Of a stretch of 64,000 nucleotides of DNA, positions 9,545-18,674 are shown in pieces. This DNA is from Candidatus Woesearchaeota archaeon. Its GTDB lineage: Archaea; Nanobdellota; Nanobdellia; Woesearchaeales; GW2011-AR15. The stretch covers positions 180,191 through 244,190 of the forward strand of contig JAFGJW010000006.1 in assembly GCA_016928835.1 (NCBI GenBank), written 5' to 3'. The translations under genes and the position numbers were made by a program. Position 1 is the stretch's first letter. Every line of letters starts with the position of its first letter. Under the pieces are notes generated by a model, which worked only from the letters and a program-made list of their open reading frames with translations, made no database searches and was not told the origin of the DNA.

Positions 9545-10561
9545 CTAAAAGGATATTTCTTTGTGCACCTTGTCAGAGTATCCTTTTAGCCCAAACACAA
9601 GGTCAAATTTCTTGCCGAATTCCAGGGCAAGTGCTGCTCTAATGAGACCAACAGGAGAGAAGAATCTATCTCCATAAAGGCACTTCTTTTCCTTGTCCTT
9701 GTGGTATTCTTCGTATTTCTCAAGCTCATTGTGATACTTATTAAGTATCGTTCTTAATTCTGCTATTGATCTAATATTTATTTTTCTAACCTCTTTGCTA
9801 AGACGGAAAAAACTTCTCTCCTCCTTTTTGTCCCACTCAGCCCCATACCAAGGAAAATATGTTTTTGAAAATTTAAAGAGGTTAAGGGCAGTTATTGTTT
9901 CTATATCCTTTATCTTTTTGCTAATAAGTTGTGAGAAGCCTGTCTGTATTTCTTCAAAAGTTGAATCAGCTACCTCAAACATTCCTGCAAGCGAGAACAT
10001 CTTCCTCAGCAACTCCTGGTCTTTCTCTTCTTTTGTTGTTTTATAGTTAAGGTAATGCTCAATCTCTGCCCATGCTTCCTGAAGCAAGGTCCTTATCTGG
10101 ATTTCGCATATAAAATCTTCTAGACCAGAAAATTCAATAAACATTGCCCTGTTCTTTGGCATCTTCACGAGCATGTGGAGAGAGAGGTAACCAAATTGGT
10201 CAAATTTTTTTGCAGTCTTTTTATTAGTCACTTCTATTACTTCAAACTCCTGTTCAATAATTCTCTTAAGTTGCTCAACCTGAGATAGGAAGAGACAAAT
10301 AATTCTACATCCAGCAATATCTGTACATTCTTTGAAAGGGTCTTTATAGCGTTTTCTCTCAATCTTTTCGAGAAAGCTTTGATAATCTTTTAGTCTCTGT
10401 GTTATCGAGTGGAGCTTAATTTCATGTTTTTCTATTGCAGCAGTTAAAATTATGTAAACAAGATGCAACAGTCTTTCGTATTTGGGTTTTCTCAAGTCAT
10501 AGAGCCTTCTTAACTCAATAGTATCTATGATTACCTCACCAATACTTGTCTTCTCTTCCAT
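9545..10561 (-). CDS. RelA/SpoT-domain protein (small alarmone synthetase-like) with a roughly 150-aa C-terminal extension
   Basis: Canonical synthetase motifs occur in the right order: QRLKDYQSFLEKIERK (R.K...S...K type), DIAGCRIIC, FGYLSLHMLV and EIQIRTLLQEAWAEIEHYLNYK. Confidence 0.8.
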   Translation of the reverse strand: MEEKTSIGEVIIDTIELRRLYDLRKPKYERLLHLVYIILTAAIEKHEIKLHSITQRLKDYQSFLEKIERKRYKDPFKECTDIAGCRIICLFLSQVEQLKRIIEQEFEVIEVTNKKTAKKFDQFGYLSLHMLVKMPKNRAMFIEFSGLEDFICEIQIRTLLQEAWAEIEHYLNYKTTKEEKDQELLRKMFSLAGMFEVADSTFEEIQTGFSQLISKKIKDIETITALNLFKFSKTYFPWYGAEWDKKEERSFFRLSKEVRKINIRSIAELRTILNKYHNELEKYEEYHKDKEKKCLYGDRFFSPVGLIRAALALEFGKKFDLVFGLKGYSDKVHKEISF

Positions 10562-10670
10562 AAAAAGTTAGAAAAGAAGCCCGTTTTTAATTTTTATGTA
10601 AAACAACAACAATATAAGAGAACAATGGCATTTAACTAATAGATAACCAAGTATTTAAAAGATTGGCTTA

Positions 10671-11246
10671 TTAAATTTTCATTATTTTGAGTAAAAACGA
10701 GGAAAAACCAGAAAATAAAATAAGGTTCCATATTATATTGCTTCCGCCGTACATTAAGATTTCAAAAGGATATAAGTTTGTGATATATTTTGAAACAAGA
10801 TAGATATAGGTATTGACAATAAGCACTGTAATAATACCTATCGTTACTACATTCATTCCTCTAAGGAGGTTAGCAATAACTGCGGCCATTACATAACCAC
10901 CAATCATAAAGAAATGATCTGCCCTGACATTTGCGTTGTACATCATAGCTCCAACTTTGGTTGCTATTCCTATGAAAATTCCCCATTTTAAACTAAAGGC
11001 TAACGTAAACAATATTGCTGCGAAAGTTGAGAATTCAATGTCAACAGGCATCTGAATGTATCTGTCAATTGACAGAAGTATTGCATTGGAAATAATAAAA
11101 AAAGATGCAAACAACACTATCTTCAAATTGATGAAGAATGAGAGGATCCAGCCAACTAGTATAAGGATCAGGACTCGCTTATCAATCTTCAGCTTCTTAT
11201 ACCTTTCTCTGAAGATTTTTTGCATAGGTACACGTTTTATTGGCAT
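10671..11246 (-). CDS. Integral membrane protein (paralog of 18675-19232)
   Basis: 5-6 hydrophobic helices. It shares the motif PVDIEFSTFAAILFTLAFSLKWGIFIGI with PVEIEVLTLGIILCTYSYGIKAGLFVAI in the other copy. Confidence 0.55.
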   Translation of the reverse strand: MPIKRVPMQKIFRERYKKLKIDKRVLILILVGWILSFFINLKIVLFASFFIISNAILLSIDRYIQMPVDIEFSTFAAILFTLAFSLKWGIFIGIATKVGAMMYNANVRADHFFMIGGYVMAAVIANLLRGMNVVTIGIITVLIVNTYIYLVSKYITNLYPFEILMYGGSNIIWNLILFSGFSSFLLKIMKI

Positions 11247-11317
11247 GATTGAAAAAAGTATAAAACCTTAGTTTATATATTTTTAGGAAAAATCCAGACA
11301 TATGAAAAAATACTGAA

Positions 11318-12610
11318 TTACTTTGCTATCTCCCAAGAAGAAGCATCAATGTCTTTGTGAATCCTTACTAAAGGTTCTCCCTCTTCTGCTTTAATATCCC
11401 ATACACCTTCCCATTTGACTATATCAATCGGAAGTTGGTTATGAAGCAATATTAATATTCCCTCTTTGTTCCTCAGAGAAAATTCAGGACTAACATTAAT
11501 AACAGAATCTGGTTCTAAAATCCCTTTTAATCGCTTGTTTGACTTGTTGTTGGATAAGGAGTAATAATCTAATATAATATTGGTTTTTTCTGTGTTTTTC
11601 AATATAACATACTCCTTATCTCTGTCATTTCCAACAGCATTATATAAAACACTTGATATCACAAGCTCATCAGCAGTGTCCGGTATAATTCCATAATCAA
11701 TATCCCACAAATAATTAAACTCTTTTGCAAACTGTCCTGCAATCTGCTCGTTATGGATAATTAACAGGTTCTCATCATTCCTCTCATTGGCATTTGCAGT
11801 TGGGTTATAGGAGCCCGTAATAACTGTCCTACTGTCAATGATAAACACCTTATGGTGCATTGTGTATTTATTGCTATCAGTAACTGAAAATTCTTTTAGA
11901 TCCTCAAACCTTGAATAATCTGAAATCTGTCTTTCTTCGAAAATACCTCTAACATCTAATCCAAGATATCTTTTGTTCCACAATAAGTTGCCAATATCCT
12001 TGTCAGTGAAGCTATAGGTCATAAAATGGATGGATTCGTTGGCTTTTTTCAAGGCATTAATTACTCTAAGCTTACAATTATCTTCAGGGCAGAAGTAGTT
12101 CTCTACTATTGTGTTTCCAAGCTGGATTACGGGGTTTTTTACAGTACTACCTTTCCCGTAAATATTATTTTTTAATTCATTAAATTCATCAATATAATTT
12201 TGTGCCAGATAGTTTGATCTGATAATTAAGATATTGTTGTTGTTATAGTAATTGCCCCTCTCTGTTGGGTTCATGCTTCCTGTGAATACTATGCTATTGT
12301 CAAATATGCAGAACTTGTTGTGCATTAATGCCGCGCTGTAACCAGAATAAAAATCATCAAGTCTATTAGAATCTTCAATAATTACTACAGCATTTTTCTC
12401 TTTAAGCTTAATAATTAAATCAGGTAAGTCAAGATCATAAAAAGCGCATTTGATCTCGTCAGAAGAATCAATTAAATCAAACAATCTTTCTTTACACATG
12501 TCTCTTGGACAGAAATAGACATAAATCTCTGAATCCGGTTCTTTAACCACATTTGAGGTTATTGTGCAAGAAGCCAAAACAAAAAGAAACACAAAAACTA
12601 GTTTTTTCAT
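11318..12610 (-). CDS. Secreted phospholipase D-family (Nuc-like) enzyme with a C-terminal lamin-tail-like domain
   Basis: The ATG at 12610 gives MKKLVFVFLFVLASC, a lipoprotein-like signal. Two HKD motifs are present: MHNKFCIFDNSIVFTGSMNPT and MHHKVFIIDSRTVITGSYNPT. The C-terminus ELVISSVLYNAVGNDRDKEYVILKN is LTD-like. Confidence 0.8.
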   Translation of the reverse strand: MKKLVFVFLFVLASCTITSNVVKEPDSEIYVYFCPRDMCKERLFDLIDSSDEIKCAFYDLDLPDLIIKLKEKNAVVIIEDSNRLDDFYSGYSAALMHNKFCIFDNSIVFTGSMNPTERGNYYNNNNILIIRSNYLAQNYIDEFNELKNNIYGKGSTVKNPVIQLGNTIVENYFCPEDNCKLRVINALKKANESIHFMTYSFTDKDIGNLLWNKRYLGLDVRGIFEERQISDYSRFEDLKEFSVTDSNKYTMHHKVFIIDSRTVITGSYNPTANANERNDENLLIIHNEQIAGQFAKEFNYLWDIDYGIIPDTADELVISSVLYNAVGNDRDKEYVILKNTEKTNIILDYYSLSNNKSNKRLKGILEPDSVINVSPEFSLRNKEGILILLHNQLPIDIVKWEGVWDIKAEEGEPLVRIHKDIDASSWEIAK

Positions 12611-12678
12611 TGTATCAAAAAGGGAGGCAACACTTATATACTTTTTTAAAACTTGAATAGAACATTTTTCTATTGAGA

Positions 12679-12912
12679 TCACAATACGTTTCTCGGGCAA
12701 TCTTGGAATTCGCAAGGTGCATTTAGTATATCACACCAGAAATCAATTTCTTCTCTTGTCGCTTTTTCTTTTCTATGTGGACATTGATCCCATATGAATT
12801 GCTTCCATTCCGCAACATCCTCAAACGCTTTCTTACCATATTTGCCTTTAATTACTTTCTCCAGCTCAAGCAGTTTATTGTAAATGTCCTCATTTGTTAT
12901 TTCTCTCTGCAT
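12679..12912 (-). CDS. Small Cys-containing hypothetical protein
   Basis: An internal ATG at 12912 (MQREITNEDIYNKLLELEK...) was chosen. The Cys residues are CPHRKEK...WCDILNAPCEFQDCP. It overlaps the upstream gene by 23 nt. Confidence 0.4.
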   Translation of the reverse strand: MQREITNEDIYNKLLELEKVIKGKYGKKAFEDVAEWKQFIWDQCPHRKEKATREEIDFWCDILNAPCEFQDCPRNVL

Positions 12913-13522
12913 TTTTTTTCTTAATTTCTTTATCTTTATAAATTTTTTTGAGCTGTTGCGTTGCCTGATAAAGACTATATTTAATTTCAGGAAATTCCTT
13001 TTCCAATTCGTCAAGTGAAAATTGAGTTGATAATCTTATGGTGCCTGGGGTTTTAAAGGAGACTTTATTAATCTCTGCATAGGTTTTGCTTTCCTCTTGT
13101 GTTATAGGAAGAAGTAGCTTTATATACAATTTATTACCCAGTTTGTAATGTCCAAGGTAGTGAGGACATTTGCCATTAAGGAGACATTCTAAATAATAAT
13201 ATATCTCATGATCTAAGGTCCAAGGTATGATGATTTTGTTATAAGTACTGTTTATAATGCCACCAAGAACAGAATATTTCTTTTTTTTTGTTCTAATGTT
13301 TGCAGGCAGACCCTTGATTATCTTTTTCAATAGATATATTGAGGTCTGAGCATTCAAAGAACCATCATCTAATACAAGAATTTGGTCGTTCTTCTTAATT
13401 AACCTCTTTAACCTAAGCTCCTTTCTCACTCTTTTCTCAATGGTTCTAGAGAAGCATGTCTGGCATAAGTGATTGTTCTGAATCCTGTATCCTGCCTTTT
13501 TACCACATTTAATACATTTCAT
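12890..13522 (-). CDS. Ncs6/TtuA-like Zn-ribbon protein with a degenerate PP-loop
   Basis: MKCIKCGKKAGYRIQNNHLCQTCFSRTIEKRVRKELR resembles the N-terminal zinc finger of PP-loop tRNA thiolases. The expected SGGKDS loop reads ILVLDDGSLNAQT instead. Confidence 0.45.
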   Translation of the reverse strand: MKCIKCGKKAGYRIQNNHLCQTCFSRTIEKRVRKELRLKRLIKKNDQILVLDDGSLNAQTSIYLLKKIIKGLPANIRTKKKKYSVLGGIINSTYNKIIIPWTLDHEIYYYLECLLNGKCPHYLGHYKLGNKLYIKLLLPITQEESKTYAEINKVSFKTPGTIRLSTQFSLDELEKEFPEIKYSLYQATQQLKKIYKDKEIKKKNAERNNK

Positions 13523-13616
13523 CTGTTACTACTCAAAAATGCTCTCAAATCGAAAGTTTTAAATATAAGTTATACCTATTTTAAAGTAGATACAAATATC
13601 CTTATCACCTCTTTTT

Positions 13617-13650
13617 CCCTGGAAGAATCTCTTCGGAGATTCTTCGAGGG
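13617..13650. other. Strong intergenic hairpin (10 bp perfect stem plus 4 further bp, UUCG/CGAA loop)
   Basis: CCCTg-GAAGAATCTC-TTCG-GAGATTCTTC-gAGGG, followed on the + strand by TTTTAT. It lies 3 nt from the stop codon of the minus-strand gene 13653-15335 (stop at 13653-13655). Confidence 0.5.
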
Positions 13651-13652
13651 TT

Positions 13653-15335
13653 TTATCCCCTTATAAAGTTATTTTTCATCCAGATAAATCCGAGTACAAA
13701 GCCGAATGCTATTCCTGCTACAAAGATAATTATATACTCTGATTTTATCTCAGGAATATGTACCTCTTTTCTCTCAAAATAGATATCCAAGTTGCTTAAC
13801 TCAAACGCATATTCAAGGTAAAGGAGAGCTGAATATGGGTCGCTTTCTTTGAGAGAGTTTGCGTATTCATAATAACTATATCCAAGTATCGGAAATACGC
13901 CTTTCCTATCCTGCCTGGCAATCATACTTTCAGCAATCTTCAACCTTTCATCGATGAGAGAGGGTATATGCTCTTCTGTAATAGCAATCGTGTCAAGAAT
14001 TAAATCTATATCCGCCTTAGCTATGCTTGCCCTGTGGAGGCACAAGTCATAATAACCTTTATTGTAATTTTTATAGGCATAGTCAATTTGTCTATTAATT
14101 TTATCAGGCAGCAATGGCAAGTATAAAACTGCATACTGTTTTCTCTCTTCTGCTTCTGCAATCTTATTAAGACAAGATTTTGCTAGAGAAGCTTTATCTA
14201 GGTTATACTGTTTCCCATCAACATTGAAAAATTTTGACCATGAAAAAGCACTGTTTAGTCTTTCAATTCCAAATGCAAGATTATAAAGACTAGCATTTGT
14301 ATCATTAAAGTTCTCACTTGCTTCAATGAAGAAATCTCTTGCATCAAGAAGTCTCTCATTAACTACAGCAAAGGTCTGAAGCTCTACTAAAGTAGTGATT
14401 TTCTTATTTTTAATAGTCCCTTCATATTCATCTGTCTTATTTTTAAACAGATTTGCTTTTTCAACAATTTCCTTGACTGTGATATTCTCATGAAGGAGTT
14501 TTTCATAATGAAACTTCACATTAGCACCGAAACAATAACTGGCTGCACTATAATATTGATTCATAAGCAGGGATTCATTGCCTTGCTTATATAGATCATA
14601 CGCATCTTTCTCATTTGCCGTGTTGTAATGTGTAGCCAACGAAGAAGTCCTTTCACAGAGAGAATGTGATATGTTCTGCATTGTCTCTTGATAAGAAGAG
14701 CTTATTATGAGATTTCCCTCTGTTCCATAATCCTTCCCTGTCAATTCAAAGAGGGCTTCTTTTAAGCTGGAAACTTTTACAATCTTTGTGTTCTCTCCAA
14801 GAGCAACGCTACTAATATTAGTATCATTGATATTAGACCATCGCGGAATGAGGACTTTTGTCAAATTCAATCTGCTTGCTTCTTCCAATTTTGAGATAAT
14901 CCCCCCAACAGGCCCTATTATGCCTCCAGAGTTAATAGTTCCAGTTATTGTAGCCCCTTCCTCCAGATTAATATTATCCAGCACAGAAATAGTGAGCACT
15001 GCAATTGCAGCACTTGCACTTGGCCCGCCAACAATTGGAGAATTGGCTCTTATTGTATAGAAAAAGTCAAGATTTTTACAGTTTTTACTTAGAAAATCAC
15101 ATGCTATCTCATTTGCAAATCTGGTTGAAATCTGGGTGTCAAGCTTTGTTAGAGGGAAGGTATCAATGTAAATCCTTCCTGTGCCTTGCTTCACCTCCAG
15201 GTATAAATCAGCACTGCTTCCTGTTTCTTCTTCTCCATACTCAGCAACTGCCAGCAATTTCATGTGAGCTGATTTTGCAGTAACAAGAGGCAAGATAAGG
15301 ACCAAAACTAAAAATAGGCATACTTTTTTAAGCAT
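13653..15335 (-). CDS. Secreted, membrane-anchored S16 (Lon protease domain) peptidase with a large helical C-terminal region
   Basis: Signal peptide MLKKVCLFLVLVLILPLVTA. The Lon proteolytic signature is IVGGPSASAAIAVLTISVL...ITGTINSGGIIGPVGGIISKLEEA. There is a C-terminal TM helix (IIIFVAGIAFGFVLGFIW). Confidence 0.7.
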   Translation of the reverse strand: MLKKVCLFLVLVLILPLVTAKSAHMKLLAVAEYGEEETGSSADLYLEVKQGTGRIYIDTFPLTKLDTQISTRFANEIACDFLSKNCKNLDFFYTIRANSPIVGGPSASAAIAVLTISVLDNINLEEGATITGTINSGGIIGPVGGIISKLEEASRLNLTKVLIPRWSNINDTNISSVALGENTKIVKVSSLKEALFELTGKDYGTEGNLIISSSYQETMQNISHSLCERTSSLATHYNTANEKDAYDLYKQGNESLLMNQYYSAASYCFGANVKFHYEKLLHENITVKEIVEKANLFKNKTDEYEGTIKNKKITTLVELQTFAVVNERLLDARDFFIEASENFNDTNASLYNLAFGIERLNSAFSWSKFFNVDGKQYNLDKASLAKSCLNKIAEAEERKQYAVLYLPLLPDKINRQIDYAYKNYNKGYYDLCLHRASIAKADIDLILDTIAITEEHIPSLIDERLKIAESMIARQDRKGVFPILGYSYYEYANSLKESDPYSALLYLEYAFELSNLDIYFERKEVHIPEIKSEYIIIFVAGIAFGFVLGFIWMKNNFIRG

Positions 15336-15394
15336 TATTCTATTAAAATATATTACCCCTTAAAAAGTTTGTTCAAATGCTAATAAATTAAAAG

Positions 15395-15751
15395 ATGAAG
15401 GTATACAAAGCTAAGCTAAAAAACAAGGGCAGATTAAAAACAAAGTTATACAAAGTGTTGAGCAAGATAAAAGTAATTGTTGCGTTAATACTTGACGGAG
15501 TTGACCTAATATTGGGGAATATTCCTCTTCTCAATTCAATATGGGACATAGTAACTGCAACTGTTTTACTTATACTATTAAGGGATAAGCGACTTGCCCT
15601 TGCTTCTAATATTGAGTTATTACTGCCTGGTCTTCCTCTACTTGGCCAAATTGATGCATTTATTCCAATTGCTACAATATTGACTCTAATGGATATAGCA
15701 AAAAAAGGTATTGAAGAAGACGAAGATATTAAAGTAATTGATATGGAATAG
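15395..15751 (+). CDS. Small membrane protein
   Basis: ORF with two hydrophobic segments (LDGVDLILGNIPLLNSIWDIVTATVLLILL). No family was recognised with confidence. Confidence 0.45.
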   Translation: MKVYKAKLKNKGRLKTKLYKVLSKIKVIVALILDGVDLILGNIPLLNSIWDIVTATVLLILLRDKRLALASNIELLLPGLPLLGQIDAFIPIATILTLMDIAKKGIEEDEDIKVIDME

Positions 15752-16366
15752 TTATCTCAGTTGATCTAATTCTCTCTTGCTGTTATCTATTCTCTCCTGC
15801 AGAATCTCATTAAGCGCTTTTTCCTTAAAATGATTCAGTTGCTTGTCCAGTTCTATCACAGAGTTGATATTATTTGTATATATTTTCACGTCAGCAGTAA
15901 TATCTGGTCCAGCAGATATATTAAAAGGAACGCAGCTTATATTGATATCAAATTCTGCTGGAAAGATCTGGATAAACTCTTGTAGGTCCTGCTCGCTCAT
16001 ACCATTATTTCTGTGTCTCATAATTAATTCAGACTGTTTTTTAATCCGCTCGTACTTGGTTATTTCGGATTTTTTTGCATCATATCTCAGCTGATTAACA
16101 AGAGACTTAATTTTTGGTGTCTTAGAGATTATTGGGATAATCCCCTCATTTATTGGCATATTGGGAGTCTCTTGAGGGGATTCAAGAAAACGAACACCAA
16201 ATGAGGAGGGATATACCTTATATCTTACCTCTAAACGGGGATAATTTTCAAGGCTTTGCGCCTCAAATTTTCTTAAGTCCTTAATATAATTAACCTCTTC
16301 TTGCACTTCTTCTTTCTTCCCCAACTTTAGCAATTTATTAATCTCACTAAATATTGGGTTATCCAT
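15752..16366 (-). CDS. Hypothetical protein
   Basis: A 204-aa ORF immediately downstream of topA on the same strand. No motif was recognised. Confidence 0.45.
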   Translation of the reverse strand: MDNPIFSEINKLLKLGKKEEVQEEVNYIKDLRKFEAQSLENYPRLEVRYKVYPSSFGVRFLESPQETPNMPINEGIIPIISKTPKIKSLVNQLRYDAKKSEITKYERIKKQSELIMRHRNNGMSEQDLQEFIQIFPAEFDINISCVPFNISAGPDITADVKIYTNNINSVIELDKQLNHFKEKALNEILQERIDNSKRELDQLR

Positions 16367-16397
16367 GCTCCCAGCAAAATAGAACTTATTAAAAAAG

Positions 16398-18671
16398 CTA
16401 TCTCTTGTTAGAAAAATCTTCTTTTATCGGCTCAGCAGGTATTTTCTGGACATATCTACATTTTGGAAACCTTGAACACCCAAGAAATTTGCCATAGACA
16501 GATTGTCTGACAACCATGACACCTTGTTTGCACCTTGGGCATTGCTCTTCAACTATACCCTTCTCCATTTCCTTTGCTTCTTTTTTTATTTCCTTATCTT
16601 TAATCTCTTTGCTCTTGCACTCCGGGTTAATACACACGATATGCCTTTTTTTATTGATTATCTCTATCAAAGGCAAATTGCAGTGAGGACATGTTTTCTC
16701 TGTTGATTTTATCTTGCCATTCTGTGGTATATTAAAAATTGTCTTGCACTTGGGGTATTTGTCACATGCAATAAACCTCTGTCTTGTCTTTTTTGAATGA
16801 ATAAGTCTAAGAGTTCCTGTTTTGCATTTTGGGCACTGGCCAATCTGGTTTTCCTCATCTAGTGTTTCCTTATAAGCTTGCGCAAGCTCTCTTCCAATTA
16901 ATACCTCTTTTTGCCTAAATTTTTCAAGAATCTTGGTCAATTCTTTCTCTGCGTTGTTAAGAACATTAGTGGGACTAACCTTATTATCTCTAATCTTTTC
17001 CATATCCTCTTCAAAGGTCCTTGTGAGCTCTTCGTCAATTATCTCCGGACAGTATTTATATAGTATGTCTATGGTCTGTATTCCCAATTCAGTTGCTTCA
17101 ATTGACCTATCTGTGATATAATCTCTTTGGTACAATGAATCAATTATTGCTGACCTGGTGGCTTTTGTTCCGAGGTTTCTTGTCTCTAGTTCCTTTATTA
17201 TCGATGCTGGCGTGTATCTTTTTGGCGGTTGAGTTTCCTTGTTGTGTTTAACAATCTTATCTACATCTACCTTATCACCCTGATTAACGCCTGGTAGGAG
17301 ATTCTCCTCTTGTTTAAGATATGGCTCATAGAACACATGCCAACCAGCCACAATCGTGGACGTTCCCTTAGCAATAAACATTTCACTGTTAATATCAATA
17401 TCCATCTTTATTGTCTGTCTCACTGCTGATTCGCCAAAGCAAGCAAAGAACCTTCTAACAACTAGATCATATATCTTTTTCTCCCCAGCTCTTAATTCCT
17501 TAATTTCCCCTGTTGGGTAGATTGCCGGGTGTGCCGGATCTTCTTTTGAGCCTTGTCTAGGATTTAGTGTTGTTTCTAGGAGCTTTTCTGTAAATTTTTT
17601 ATACTGCAATTGTTTTGAAAGTTCATTAAGGATTTTTTTAAACCCAAGCTTATAAGGCAGTTTCTGAGAGCTTGTTCTTGGATAGGAGATAAGTCCTGCA
17701 AGATAAAGCTCCTGTGCAAGAGAAAGGGTTTGTTTTGGTGAGATACCGAAGACTTTATAAGCTTCTGTCTGCAAGGTAGTAAGATCAAAGGGATAGGGCG
17801 GGAGTTGCTTTAATTTTGTTTTTAGTAGAGAGCTTACAATACCATTATGCCCTTTTACCTTTTTCATGATTTTTTTGCATTCCTCTTCATCCCAAAATTT
17901 ATTTTTTTCATGCCATGCTTCTATTTTATGATTCTTAATCTTTCCAAGTAATTGCAGCTGCCAGTATTTTTTTGGCACAAATTTCTGTATCTCTTTTTCT
18001 TTCTCTACTATTATTTTAAGGGCCGGCCCCTGTACTCTTCCTGAAGAGAGTGTCTTATAGTGTTTGGTTTTTCTGATTGCCAGTGTAAGTGCTCTACTAA
18101 GATTTATTCCATATAACCAGTCCAGTTTATGCCGTGTCTCCCCTGCATGAGCTTGGCCCCAGTCTAGATGTTTTTCCTTCTCGTTATAGGACTGCAATAA
18201 TTCTCCTTTGGTTAAGGTAGAGAATTTCATTCTTGCAGCATCTTTCTGCTGACAAGCATACCTAATACAGTTCAAACCAATAACCTCTCCCTCTATATCA
18301 TAATCACACGCAACAGTAAACGAGGCTGCATTTTTTGACAACTGCACAATCAGATCAAGGTATTTTTTAGAATATTTTGAACTTTTGTCAACCTTATAAG
18401 TAGGTTTCCAACCAATGTCAAATACAGGATAGGTAAATGTTTTCTTTTTCTCTGCTATTGTATAGAGATGGCCAACAGCACAACTAACAACTATGCTCTT
18501 ATTTTTATGCTTTATTTGATAATATGGGGCTCCTTTAAGATTCTCTTTTTTAAATCCATTGTCAGCAAGAGCTGTGGCAATCTTCAAAGCAGCAGAAGGT
18601 TTTTCTGTCACAATCAATTCATAGCCCATAAATGCTTTGGATTTAGAGAGAGTATAAAAAAGTTTCTGCAA
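16398..18671 (-). CDS. topA: DNA topoisomerase I (type IA) with C-terminal zinc ribbons
   Basis: TOPRIM segment LIVTEKPSAALKIA. The active-site region is LISYPRTSSQKLP. The C-terminus has several CxxC...CxxC zinc ribbons (CPKCKTG...CDKYPKC, CPHC...CINPEC, CPRCKQG...CSRFPKC). An alternative start at 18629 is possible. Confidence 0.9.
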   Translation of the reverse strand: MQKLFYTLSKSKAFMGYELIVTEKPSAALKIATALADNGFKKENLKGAPYYQIKHKNKSIVVSCAVGHLYTIAEKKKTFTYPVFDIGWKPTYKVDKSSKYSKKYLDLIVQLSKNAASFTVACDYDIEGEVIGLNCIRYACQQKDAARMKFSTLTKGELLQSYNEKEKHLDWGQAHAGETRHKLDWLYGINLSRALTLAIRKTKHYKTLSSGRVQGPALKIIVEKEKEIQKFVPKKYWQLQLLGKIKNHKIEAWHEKNKFWDEEECKKIMKKVKGHNGIVSSLLKTKLKQLPPYPFDLTTLQTEAYKVFGISPKQTLSLAQELYLAGLISYPRTSSQKLPYKLGFKKILNELSKQLQYKKFTEKLLETTLNPRQGSKEDPAHPAIYPTGEIKELRAGEKKIYDLVVRRFFACFGESAVRQTIKMDIDINSEMFIAKGTSTIVAGWHVFYEPYLKQEENLLPGVNQGDKVDVDKIVKHNKETQPPKRYTPASIIKELETRNLGTKATRSAIIDSLYQRDYITDRSIEATELGIQTIDILYKYCPEIIDEELTRTFEEDMEKIRDNKVSPTNVLNNAEKELTKILEKFRQKEVLIGRELAQAYKETLDEENQIGQCPKCKTGTLRLIHSKKTRQRFIACDKYPKCKTIFNIPQNGKIKSTEKTCPHCNLPLIEIINKKRHIVCINPECKSKEIKDKEIKKEAKEMEKGIVEEQCPRCKQGVMVVRQSVYGKFLGCSRFPKCRYVQKIPAEPIKEDFSNKR

Positions 18672-18674
18672 AAA

